In this document: piece by piece, positions 34,667-45,666 of the stretch
Numbering within the stretch: the stretch's first letter is position 1
Layout of the letters: every line of letters starts with the position of its first letter
Origin: Rhizodiscina lignyota
Taxonomy: Eukaryota
Direction: 5' to 3'
NCBI GenBank assembly: GCA_010015805.1
Contig: ML978121.1
Location: 1,240,001 to 1,304,000 of the forward strand
Length of the DNA stretch: 64,000 nucleotides
Translations under genes and position numbers: made by a program
The notes under the pieces: generated by a model
What the model saw: only the letters and a program-made list of their open reading frames with translations
What the model was told of the DNA's origin: nothing
Databases searched by the model: none

Positions 34667-37140
34667 TTAGTCGTCGTCGTCACCACGCTCATCAAAGTCA
34701 TCCACTCTGATGCCCTCCCTGAGCGCCTTCTTACTCTCGTCCGCCTGATGGAGTGTTCTCAGGTACTTCTTGAAAGCATTCGACATTCGTACGATTGACT
34801 TAATGTGCGTATCCTTCAGACGTATACGGCCCTCCGAGTCATGGTCATTCTCAACTTCAGCGAGAGCAACAGCAGTTTGGAAAGCTGCATTCTGCGTCAG
34901 CGCATATACGCATGGCCCGATCATTCGCGGCATAACATACCATTTCGAATTTCTCTTCCATTCCAGTGCAACCCCTTCATCTCTCTTGAATCCGTCGCAT
35001 ATTCTTTCGTTGCGATTGGTATTCTCATCGTGTCTTCCCTCTCCTGCTCCAATTTGCGGAAGAACGTATTCCAGACCTCACGTCTATCACTGTCCGTAAA
35101 CTCCGGATAGTGGATACTGACATGTATTCGACTGATAAAAGCCTCGTCAAACGTCCCCACTCGGTTCGTTGTGAGAAAGAGGATTCCGTTATAGTACTCT
35201 AGCGCCTTTGAGGGGGTTAGCTTGACTTTCCCTTCTCTGCTTTTATGTTTGTTAATACTGACCCTTAGGAAGCCGGCAACAAGGTTGTTTCGAGACAGGT
35301 CTTGCGTAATCCGCTGTTCCATATATATGTCAGCTTCATCAATGAGTAGGATGGCACCCCAGTGCTTGGCCAGTTTAAACCAGTAGCGGAGCTTTGTTTC
35401 GACTTCGGTTGGATCCGTTCCGATATCCGTGCAAGTTAAAGAAAGAAGTGGTCGCTGCGTATACTCGGAGATGCATTCCGCTGTGTAAGTCTTTCCAACA
35501 CCCGGTTTGCCGTGCAGCAAGAATATCATCCCTTCTCCCTTTCCCTGAACCGAATCGGCGGACCAAAGATCATGCGACGAGCCACCGTCCGTCGCCGTAT
35601 CTACACGCGTGTACTTGCGTGCGAGACTTTTTATCAGATCTCTTGTCTCCTTCTGGATTACGAGGTCATCAATCATGGAAACCTTGAATTTCGGCTCGGA
35701 AAAGTACCCCACGTCCAGCCTTTGCCACGATCGAATTTTCAAGACGAACCCAATGATGGAACGAGTGCAGAGGAAATATTGGTGCGGTGTCAATTGTTTG
35801 ACATTGACTGGATTGATCCTGGCATATCCGGCGAATGGAGACCTCTTTGTCTTACTGTTGAGAGCCACACATCTCTCGCAAGAACATCCTGGTATTCCGC
35901 CAGCATTTCGCTCTCCTAGGTCAACAACAGGAGGAGGAGCAGGAGGCATCGAAGGAGCTGCGCCAGGAAATGACCCCATAGAATTTGGTGATTGAGTTGT
36001 TTGGTAAGATTCCGTGTCGATCATGACAAGATCCACGTACTTCCTCCTTGGGAAGGAGAGTGTCAGCCCATCGTACCACATGCACTGTCTCTCTGTGAGG
36101 CGGTAATACAACTGGCCCCTTTCTTCTAGCTTCTTGCGGTACGCGTCGTGGTTCATCTTCTCTCCGTGCACATCCTCACGGAGATATTCGCACGGAAAGA
36201 TGTCAAGAGACGAGATCTCCTTCTCACCTTCAAACGGAAGGATTTGCGCATACCGGAGCTGTGGCTGGAGGTATTGTCCGTCATATTCCAGATTCCAAAG
36301 GCACAGGTCGATGCTGTATGCGTTTGCAGTTACACTCTGTACTACATACGGGTCCCAAAGAGCAGCGCTTGTTCGGTCGTAATAGACATCAGTGCCTGGT
36401 TTGAACAGTGTCCAAAGGAGATCAAATGTGCAGACTGGTCGCTCGCGTTGATGCCTCTCGTACTCCTTCGCAAGCGCGTCCTTGTGGTGCGCCTTGACGA
36501 AGTCCAAAACGATACCAACGTGATCATGAACATCCTCAAGTCCTTTACAGTCCTTGACGCTTTCGTGACGGTCTTCGGGGTGGAAAATTCCTCTGTGCTT
36601 CTCCAACTCGTCAAGATGAAACACAATTGGCGCATACGGCTCCGCTAAAGTGACCGAAGAGCCTTCATAGTCACTTCCAGGATAGTAGTCTGTCACCGAG
36701 CGGAGGGCGTTTAGGACTGCTGGCGAGTGGATCTCGATATACGATGACCCTTTCGAATGAGTTGGGGGTGGCTGTGGAGATGTGTATGGCAGATTTGATA
36801 ATGTCTTGATTACCCGCTTTACTTCTAGAACTGGACGGTCTTTCGGAGGCGGTGGCTCGGTGTTGAGATCATCCGTATCACGCGTGTAGACGACTTGCTC
36901 CGTATGAAGGTTGCGATATTCGATTTTGTGCCATACCTTCTTCGGTGGGCCCTCAATAGAATGTTCTTCATCCTCTCCAGAATTCGGAACATGCTCGAAC
37001 TCAATCGACTCCCTCAATGTTTCAGAGGGGCTCGCATAGAAGCCCTTTTTCTCCGCGAGATATTTGTCAGTTCGAAGCGGTACGTCAAGGCCGCCTTCGA
37101 ACGACAGGTCTGAGTATTCGGTCGGCAGTTCTGGAGGCAT
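34667..37140 (-). CDS. Fungal single-ring AAA+ ATPase with long N-terminal extension; exons 37140-35263, 35205-34941, 34884-34667 (start uncertain)
   Basis: Walker A LLHGKPGVGKT, Walker B ILLIDEAD, sensor-1 LTTNR, Arg-finger region FDEAFISRIH and lid WNGREIRNAFQTA. Introns at 35206-35262 and 34885-34940. Confidence 0.9.
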
Positions 37141-37543
37141 TGCTACACCGAGGCGCAGCACAATGCCACTGGTGTTACGCCGTAGAAGCTCCTATCGTCA
37201 CCTGGAACACTTCTGGACGAGAGCTCTCAGGTTCGAAAGTGGCGATCTGTCCGCAACGACATCGCAAGAACTCTCGTGCTGCTTCGCTCATCGATTGTTA
37301 AGATGAGACCACGCCCAGAGCTGAAATTGCGAAGCTCCGAGTTGACTGACATGCGGCGACAGGATTCAGCTCCTTGCATTTGTGGCTGGACGATTTCCAG
37401 TTCATTGGACCGCGGCAACAGGGCCTTTTGCTTTTCCCGAGTGGCTGAGCCAGACCTTCTAAGGACGCTAAAATCTCCTTGGAGTTCGAATGCTGCATGA
37501 TATTATAAGCAGAGATCCAAATTCATTACAATGGAGCGTCGGG

Positions 37544-40026
37544 ATGGCCTGCGATACCGACAAGATCAAGGACATGGTCCGGACTTTCTCCTTCGAACTA
37601 GAAGAAGAGCTGGAGCGCAATGGCCAGCCATCAGACGCGTTGTCGAACGCAGTGGTGCAAGATAGGAAGCGAGAGGATAGGCAGCATGAGGTTCAAGAGT
37701 GGCGCAAATATTTTGAGTCACTGCCGGTGTCAGAGTGAGTGCCTAGCAATCGTATGGCAGCGCCTCATCGCGGTGAGCTAATGGTGACCCTCTTTAGCGA
37801 CGACGAGATCGCGAAGCTTGACCATGAAGGCAACATCCTCTCAGCAGCATGGGCGGAATTCCACGCGTCTCTTCCGACGAAGCAGAGAGTAGAGCTCTCA
37901 CACCGAGCGCAAAACTGGACAGATGTGATCGCGGTCGTGCAAAATGCAGAATCCGAATGGAAGGCGAAGAAACAGGAGGGTGCATTTGGGCGTGCAAAAC
38001 GAACCTTCAATCAGGTGTGCAGCACCATACACAGGCACTCAACTATGCTAGAAGTTTTACCGTCGAGCAGCGAGTATGTGAGTTATCAACGCCTTCCTAT
38101 GAACCTCTAAGGAACTATTCCGGTGTTTTCGCGAAATCCAAAAAGCAGCATAGCGCGCTTGAACCATGATAGAAGTATAGGTTCAGGAAGCACAGGAGTC
38201 ATCTTTACACTCTCCGGAACATTGCTTCGCTGACACGTCACTCGCCCTTTAGGTCTCAATCTTTTGTGGCACACTACAGACCATAATCAAGGTACACAGC
38301 CCCGAGGCGTCCGTTATGAGGCGTGAGGCAGTAGGTAGCCACATGACAAGGCTAATGTGAACTAATAGGCATCAGTCAACTACCAAAAAATAGCAGAAGG
38401 GCTGTCTAAAGCTTTGCTTGAAATTAATGACATCGTCGCCGCCGTCAACAAAGAAACGCTCATCTATCCGACAACCGCAATGCAGCATGTCGTTGCAAAT
38501 TTGTACGCACATATTTTCTTGTTTCTGAAAGAGGTCATGGCTTGGTATACGAAGAGAAGCCACCATCGACTACTCTCCAGTTTCCGCGAAGATTTCTACG
38601 AACACTTTGAGGACCACATTCGGATAATTCGCGAAATCTCCTGGTCCATCAACCGAGAGGCGCAAGCGTCATCTATGGCAGAAGGCCGCTACACAAGGCT
38701 TATGGTTGAAGATCTTGCCCAGATGCTCTCCAGTATCATTGGATCAGAAGGACGGAGAAGAGAGGAGGCACAGGCTCGATTTGAAAGAGCAAAGGCGTCA
38801 CGACAGCTACTCCAAGAAGGCGAGAGGACGGATTATCTGAAGCAAGAGCGCAATTACATCCTTGACCAATTCAAGCAGATCATGTCAGAGGAGCAACTTG
38901 GCGTGGCGGCAACTGGAATGCTCCGACAGCAGGCACAGACATATATCCAGAACGGTAGCGGAGGTGGTGATGCTACTGTCACGGCGAAGACAATTGGAGC
39001 AGGAACGAGAGAATCTTTAGCCAACATTGGTTCTAGCCTCGACAGTCAACGAAGACCATCCGGGCCTCAATCGAGGGAGGAAATTGAATTCATTTCCCGA
39101 GCGCTGGAAGACCTTTTCAGTCGCGCTGATATTAGAATCCGCAAGGAATCGGAAACGGAACCGGTGAGTGATATGATTATACGCTGTGTCTGAAACCTGC
39201 TAATATTCTTCACCTATCCTAGGTTTTCTTTGCGGACAACGAAATTGTCTCTACGCTAAAGGATTGGACTACTGATGCGTCCGGGGCGATTCTCTGCATC
39301 TCTGGCCCAAACGAAGTCGCAAGGCCTTCGTCGACATCGCTACTCGCTTCCCAGTATGCAGCTTATGCTGAACAGGCTGGTGTCCCTGTCATATCGCATT
39401 TCTGCAGCTTACCAAGGAAGTCCTCCCAGTCGTCCATCACACTCGAAATGATTTCGCTGGCCTCCCTGCTGTGCTCTTTGATTCGGCAGTTAGTGGAACT
39501 GTTGCCACTGGAGCTGCCACCTAACAGCCCTCGACTTGACAGCGACCGATTCGCTCGATTGAATGGCACCGTCGAATCCCTTTCAGATGCGATGAGTCTT
39601 CTCCAAGACCTGATCTCGGTTGCACCACCTCTCTTACTCTTCATAATCGACGGAATCCAGTGGCTCGATGACAAGACGACCGAGAAACACATTCGAGCCC
39701 TTGTCTCTTTGCTTCGTAAATGTTCATCTCCCACAGCTGGACAAAGCTCCCTTGTGAATACCGCGCCTCCATCTACCCAAACTATCAAGGTACTTTTCAC
39801 GACATCCGGAAAATCGAGGGCACTCATCCCAATTCTGGAGCGGCACGAGCTCCTACTTGCGGATAGGATCAGCAACGCCCGGACACCAGGGCGTGCATCT
39901 CCAGGCAGGATACCATTGTCTCCCTTCACGCCGCCTCGTCCGGGTGCTGGTCGGAGAACGTCTTCAAGCCCGTTGGCGAGCAAAGGACAACTATCAGGGG
40001 ATGACAATGCAGACTTGAACGAATAG
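37544..40026 (+). CDS. NLR-like protein: helical N-terminal domain plus degenerate NACHT/STAND-like domain, no C-terminal repeats; exons 37544-37734, 37798-38077, 38253-38291, 38369-39163, 39223-40026
   Basis: Five in-phase exons with canonical junctions. LEVLPSSSEYVSIFCGTLQTIIKAS..VANLYAHIFLFLKEVMAWY resembles N-terminal domains of fungal NACHT proteins. The C-terminal ILCISGP, VISHFC, SLIRQL, LLFIIDGIQWLD and IKVLFTT follow NACHT motif order but lack GKS/T. Confidence 0.72.
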
Positions 40027-40103
40027 ACCATTCACGCAAGGTTTCAAGACTAAGTATCTTGATTCGTAACTCTCTTGATATGAGTACGTGCGTGTGTAGT
40101 CCG

Positions 40104-41066
40104 TCACTCTCTGAAACTGACTATCTTGCCAAAGGTATCGCTCTTACCCCAGATGCCGTGGCGAAGACAGCTCAACTGCAAAATTTGCGAGTGATCGACA
40201 AAAACGTTGACATCTACGCCAAACTCCCTTACGTACCAATTAAAGACATCTGGATCAGCGGCTTCGAACATGACCTTCTCAGGCGGCAGCTCTTTCATGA
40301 TGGTGCTGACGACATCAGTCCTCCAACTCTTCACGTTTTCGGTGATCCCCTCCGATTCTATCATGATGCGCTCGACACCCGCATCAATGAAACGCTTGGC
40401 CAGGTTGACCAGTTTGGATGGGTCACTGGTGCCAATTGACTCCAGATCTGTTGCTGCGGTATCCCCTCCCGCGCCGAACTGGATGCCGAGCTCTGGTTTT
40501 GCTTTCAGATTGTGGGCGTGCACTTTGTCCACGATGCGCAGCCAATCGTCGGGGGGTAAACTCAAAAAGCCAGACGATATTTCGATTACATCGAAGCCGA
40601 GGTCCTTGCACTTCCTCAGATACTTCTCCATCACAGCCGGTGCATCGGCATGCGTCAAGAGATGCTCGGCCCAGCCGCCTGTGCTGACGTATACGCCGTG
40701 CTCGTGCGCAAGGTCTATCATCTCTCGTAATTTTGGTTCTGGAATTAGGGAGAAGGAACCCCCGGCGAACTTGAGCCCATCAACATAATGGCCCATAGTT
40801 TCGAGTATGTCGGACAGATAGCGAGGCCCCATGGCAGAGTAGTAGGGTCCCCGAATCTCTGTCACTGCAGTCGAACGAGGTTTGGCAGGAAGCGGATTAT
40901 GCCGTGCAAAGCCAAATCCATCGTTCTTGTCGAGCAGCAGAGGCTGAGCGGATTTGTTTTGGGTGAGAGTAGTAGCAAAAGTGCGGAGAGGAGAAACGCT
41001 TGAAAATCGTGGAGAAATAGCTGAAGCTGCAAATTGCGAGACTGGGCGACTTGCTGTGCGGAGCAT
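40104..41066 (-). CDS. Phosphosulfolactate synthase (ComA)/Hsa32-like TIM-barrel protein with mitochondrial-type presequence
   Basis: KPRSTAVTEIRGPYY, VDGLKFAGGS, GFDVIEISSG, IMIESEG, VMFEA, FGVDVNVFVD and LRHGIWG. Intronless. Confidence 0.88.
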   Translation of the reverse strand: MLRTASRPVSQFAASAISPRFSSVSPLRTFATTLTQNKSAQPLLLDKNDGFGFARHNPLPAKPRSTAVTEIRGPYYSAMGPRYLSDILETMGHYVDGLKFAGGSFSLIPEPKLREMIDLAHEHGVYVSTGGWAEHLLTHADAPAVMEKYLRKCKDLGFDVIEISSGFLSLPPDDWLRIVDKVHAHNLKAKPELGIQFGAGGDTAATDLESIGTSDPSKLVNLAKRFIDAGVERIMIESEGITENVKSWRTDVVSTIMKELPPEKVMFEAADPDVFNWYVREFGVDVNVFVDHSQILQLSCLRHGIWGKSDTFGKIVSFRE

Positions 41067-42028
41067 CTTGTGCTAATGTACGTAGAGCAATCGTTTAGTT
41101 AGAGAAATTATCAACAGGAAGACTTGAATGGTATTTAGCATGCGTGTGTCTGAAGTGGCCTTATATGACGTTATAGTTCAGCTGTTCGTCGATATGATGT
41201 GGCTATGATGTTCAAGGTCGCCAGAACGGGTGATGATTGGCCCAAGCCAGCGATCGGAGTCTGCCTTTGGGCAACGTGCTTTCGCACAAGGATTAAGACC
41301 TGATTACCGACCGGAACCCTGTGAAGATTAGCGAGCACGCGTGACAGTGTCCCAGCGTTCCCCGTCTGAACTCTGAAGCATCGGCGTTCTGTGATGCGTT
41401 TCAAAAAATAGGCCGCGGACGCTACTCCATAGCGCCCTGGACCCCGGCCAGCGGTCCTGCAGGAGCCTTGTCAAACTTAAATTACGCGACATCGCATCAG
41501 CGTTCGCGACGGAAATGTTCGACATGTTCTCCCTTACACTCTCTCTGGAGCATCAGTCGCCAGTCGTATGCGCAGAGAAGAAACAAACGGCCAACTTGTG
41601 CGCAGTACAGGAAGAGTTACAAGAGCCGACTCCGAGCTGAGACTCGAGCCTCGAGAGGCCTTTTGTCCCCCATCCGTGGCGTCCGTGTTGGGCCGCGTTC
41701 GTTAAAAGGGGTGACCGTAGGATTTGCCGAAATGAAATGAGTGTGGGTGGCGGTCCCATAGGCGCCCAATGATGATCAGCAACCTGCGGAAGGGCATCGC
41801 AGATTCAAAAATTACATCTCTACAAGGCTGAGCTGACGACGGGAGGGGAAAATGGGGGGACTGCTTTCTCCGCGAAGAGGTAAAGTAGGTGGCATTTCCA
41901 ATTCTTTCTAGTGTCGCCTAGCCTTCATTTCATCTTCCTTTCCGCCTCATGGAGGATCATTGTCGATACTTTCGCGTCTGATAACGCGTATCTTCACGCC
42001 TTGCGGATGAGCGCGCCGCGTCGTACTC

Positions 42029-45000
42029 ATGGCTGAGCCGGCCACCGAAGGCCACCAGCAGTCCAGCTCGGTCGACATCCCCGCGTCTCAACTGGCCCCG
42101 ATTCTGCGCGCAATACTGCAGCATAACGACCAAATTGTCGAGCAGAACCAGGCCATTCTTCAACTGCTCAACTACCATGTGCGATCTTTACCGAATAGCA
42201 ACGGCCGATCTGCGACAGGCGCGATCCAGTCGCATTCACACACAGGCACCTCCACATCTCCAGCTCCGGTATCTCCAAGATCCTCAGGCTCTGTGACTCA
42301 GGTTCAGTCAACCCAGGGAGATCGCAGACATGAACACCACCGGCAGTCGATGTGGGATGGTATTCTCACCGTTGAATCAAAACTATCTGGGAGTTTTGTG
42401 AAGGACTACCACGAGTGGAAGCGACCGCCGGCCATCCGGGACGTTTTCCTGGGGAAGAATGAGTGGACGTCAAAATCTTACCATTATGCATTTCCCGATC
42501 TCGTCGACTTCTTGAAGAGAAATGACCTCGTAAAAAAGTGTCACTCGCAGGTCTCAGTCAGGGATTTCGTCAGCTCCAGCGGTGGTCCAACATCTTCAGC
42601 ATACAACGAGGCAAGACCGCGCGTTGGCGTCATTCGCGGGAAGAGCATGCCTGTGAAGTCGGCTGGAGGCCATCGAACCATTCGAAGTGTCAATGCTGAG
42701 GATCCTTTCGGCTGTAAAATTCTTTGGGATGCTTTGGACGGATGTCCTTGTCACAATCCTGGCCAAACAGCTCCAGTGCAATCGGACTCCGAACCATGTC
42801 TTTGCATGCGATCTATCAATATACTCGACGTCTCACCCAAAGTTCTCAATTGTTTACTGGCCTCAACTCCGCGGGTTGATCTCAGCTACATGGCAGCCTT
42901 CGTACAGCGCCATCTCGGATCTTCAAATTGGGGCAAAGCTACTCCTCTGCGATACGGGGACACGATGAGCTCTTATACTCTGGAGTATCACTTCTCGTTC
43001 TATTATGTGACGCCGAAGTATTTCGACACCGGCTCGGTGCGGCCCGATCTTCGCAACCAGCGCAAGTCTGCTGCATTCGGCAACGAACTTGCAACGCGCT
43101 CCCGTTACATCCATGAGGAGTCTCTGTCATTCTTGTACATCGGCCATTTCAAAGACGTTTCCACCTCTGTGCAGCTGGCTGAATCCTATTTCAAATACGA
43201 TCCCTACCATACTACGGATGTCGGGTCGTCGGAATCGTCACTCTTTCGACCCCTGAATCCAAACGAGCCACCAGCGATGTTGATGCTCTCTTGGATATCG
43301 GTTGCACTTCATCACGTACTGTGGCGGTGGCAGAGCGCGATCGATGCGGTGCAAGCAGAAATCAAGTCATCCCGACAGATTGTATTCATGGACGACCGCA
43401 ATGACCTTATGGCTGATGACCCCCAATTTACATTGTCCAAAACTTATTTTTGGGCACTTCAAGCTTACAAACTCTTCGAGGAAACTATTTCCGAGACGGT
43501 AACGACATGGAGGCGGTTTCAAGACGAATCTCTTCCCGTACTCCGCGACAATCGAGTTCCATCTGAGGAATGGAAGAAGGCTGTGCAGGATATCAACGAT
43601 GCGGTATCGGAGCTTGAATCGAAGACTCGAGCCATAAGGAAACGCGCCGAAGAAGTCAGAGATCTCCGTAAAGGCCTCATCTCAGCTTCTGCTCTCTTTG
43701 ACAGCAGAATATCTGTTCGCCAAGGGGAGAACATTCGACTCCTCACATACATAACCCTTCTCTTCCTCCCGCTATCCTTCGCAACGAGCATCTTTGGTAT
43801 GCAGATTATTGGCAACAGCACTAGTACCGTACATATTTTCGCAGCTGTTCTTCCGGCCATTACCGTCGTCACAGCGCTGTTCGTGTTCAACTTGCACAAC
43901 GTTGTCAATGCATGGGAACTGTTCACAGACTATATATCATCTTGGCTGCGCAGCAGTATGAAAGAGCATCGGCGAGGTGACTGGCAGCGTACAGCGATAG
44001 CATTGCACGAAGACATGAATGCATCAAAAGCTCCAGTCCGAAAAGCTCAAAAAAGGTCCTCAGCTTGGGTTTACTTGGTGTTCATCATCGAAGCATTAAT
44101 TGTTTCGCTCCCCGTTGGTGAACTCTCCAATGCAGCGTCTCTCTTTCGACGCATGGCCAGCAGCGAAGCAGCTGCAGCTCCAGAAGGACCGGAAGACGGT
44201 GACGACATCCGCAGCATAGATCCACACGTTTTTGAGAAGATCAACGAATCTCTCGCTGAAGAGCGTAAACGGCAGCGGCAGAAGCGCAGAGAGAAGATTG
44301 GACCCGTTCTCCTAGCCTTGGAAGATATTTGGCATGCACTGCCTGCGACATTCCGCTGGATCGGGACTGGGACCATCGATATCATTCGTGCACTTCTTCT
44401 TCCTCTTTGGGTCATCGTCGTTATGTTCGAATACTTAATACTCTCCCTCATACTCCTTATTGCGTCCGTATTCCGAAGTCGACCGGATGACGAATCAGTG
44501 CGCTCTCTATCAAATACACAGAAGCGGTCCAAAGAGCCATCCTGCTTCCGTCGCGCATTCCTCATTCTTGGGCTTGACACAGTCTTTCCAGCTCGTCCGA
44601 AGGCGATTCGTCCCAGCTCAACAGAGTCTTCCGCCCGAAGGAATTTCTCGCAAGCGGCAACACAGATGACGCTGCGACCGGAGAAATCCAGCAACCAGCA
44701 CGAAACAACAGTAGTAGCAGCAGCAAGTCCCCCACCAGCAGAAAGACCTCCACTACCTCCTCTCATCCCTCGTTCTCCAATTTCGCCGAATTTCAACAAT
44801 CGACCAGACACTTTAATATCGGATCTATCATACAGTAATGACCATTCGCGAGACACGATTGATTTCATAGAGCAAATGTCTCGCGCCGGCACTCGTCCAT
44901 CCACGCCTCGAACACCAGCCGCAGTGCCGAGTGAAGTGCCACAATCACCCAGACCTGGCACGCGGCATACGGCACATACAGCTCGTACCGTCGACACAGC

Positions 45001-45295
45001 AGCAACAGACGCGTCTCTGTCCAGGCCGGGAACAGCTCATACGGATGTCATCAGTCCCTTACCGGAGATGATTGCACGAGCAGAACCACTGAAGAGGATG
45101 TCAGCACGTCCTGTGGCGTCCCTCGCTGAAAGCTCCACCGCCCAGAGGGACTTCGCCCAGAGGGACTTGAGAATATCTGCTATGGGGCAGAAACCCAAGA
45201 CGGTAGCAGCAGAGAAGCAGTCCCAAAGGAAGAGTCACATACCCGTCGTGGAAGTGCTGGAGCTGGACAGGCCGCCGACTCCGCCACCCAAATAA
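42029..45295 (+). CDS. CorA-like Mg2+/metal transporter domain protein with long N- and C-terminal extensions
   Basis: 1088-aa ORF. A helical stalk is followed by ENIRLLTYITLLFLPLSFATSIFGMQ and a second TM helix, then further hydrophobic segments and a Pro/Ser-rich tail. Confidence 0.82.
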   Translation: MAEPATEGHQQSSSVDIPASQLAPILRAILQHNDQIVEQNQAILQLLNYHVRSLPNSNGRSATGAIQSHSHTGTSTSPAPVSPRSSGSVTQVQSTQGDRRHEHHRQSMWDGILTVESKLSGSFVKDYHEWKRPPAIRDVFLGKNEWTSKSYHYAFPDLVDFLKRNDLVKKCHSQVSVRDFVSSSGGPTSSAYNEARPRVGVIRGKSMPVKSAGGHRTIRSVNAEDPFGCKILWDALDGCPCHNPGQTAPVQSDSEPCLCMRSINILDVSPKVLNCLLASTPRVDLSYMAAFVQRHLGSSNWGKATPLRYGDTMSSYTLEYHFSFYYVTPKYFDTGSVRPDLRNQRKSAAFGNELATRSRYIHEESLSFLYIGHFKDVSTSVQLAESYFKYDPYHTTDVGSSESSLFRPLNPNEPPAMLMLSWISVALHHVLWRWQSAIDAVQAEIKSSRQIVFMDDRNDLMADDPQFTLSKTYFWALQAYKLFEETISETVTTWRRFQDESLPVLRDNRVPSEEWKKAVQDINDAVSELESKTRAIRKRAEEVRDLRKGLISASALFDSRISVRQGENIRLLTYITLLFLPLSFATSIFGMQIIGNSTSTVHIFAAVLPAITVVTALFVFNLHNVVNAWELFTDYISSWLRSSMKEHRRGDWQRTAIALHEDMNASKAPVRKAQKRSSAWVYLVFIIEALIVSLPVGELSNAASLFRRMASSEAAAAPEGPEDGDDIRSIDPHVFEKINESLAEERKRQRQKRREKIGPVLLALEDIWHALPATFRWIGTGTIDIIRALLLPLWVIVVMFEYLILSLILLIASVFRSRPDDESVRSLSNTQKRSKEPSCFRRAFLILGLDTVFPARPKAIRPSSTESSARRNFSQAATQMTLRPEKSSNQHETTVVAAASPPPAERPPLPPLIPRSPISPNFNNRPDTLISDLSYSNDHSRDTIDFIEQMSRAGTRPSTPRTPAAVPSEVPQSPRPGTRHTAHTARTVDTAATDASLSRPGTAHTDVISPLPEMIARAEPLKRMSARPVASLAESSTAQRDFAQRDLRISAMGQKPKTVAAEKQSQRKSHIPVVEVLELDRPPTPPPK

Positions 45296-45666
45296 AGGGT
45301 GGTAGGTTCGTCAAGACGAAGGAATATTGTATGAACTGATGGTATAATGTTTGAATCTGTGAATACCTATGTTATTTTCATGTACATATTTACTGCTACG
45401 AAATTCTCGAATATATTAGATGACATCGCCATTTGGCTTCCCCGGCGTGATTTTCTTTTTTCGCGATTGTATCAATATGCTAACATCCAACCGAGAATTC
45501 ATAAAGCTCGAAGCGAAGTGGTATCTCATGTTTCCCAAAACCAAAATTACCGAAAAGGATCAACCTCTCAGCACCTAGCCTCATTACACTCCATTTCGTC
45601 CTCCATCCCAACATTACTCATTCAAATGTTAATCCTTATTGTGTCTGGACCTGGAGTAAAAGTCCC

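Noticed and set aside
44071..44997. Long antisense ORFs (308 aa here; also 13540-14211, 39363-40031, 40207-40788)
   Set aside because: These are shadow frames of well-supported opposite-strand genes, caused by codon bias.
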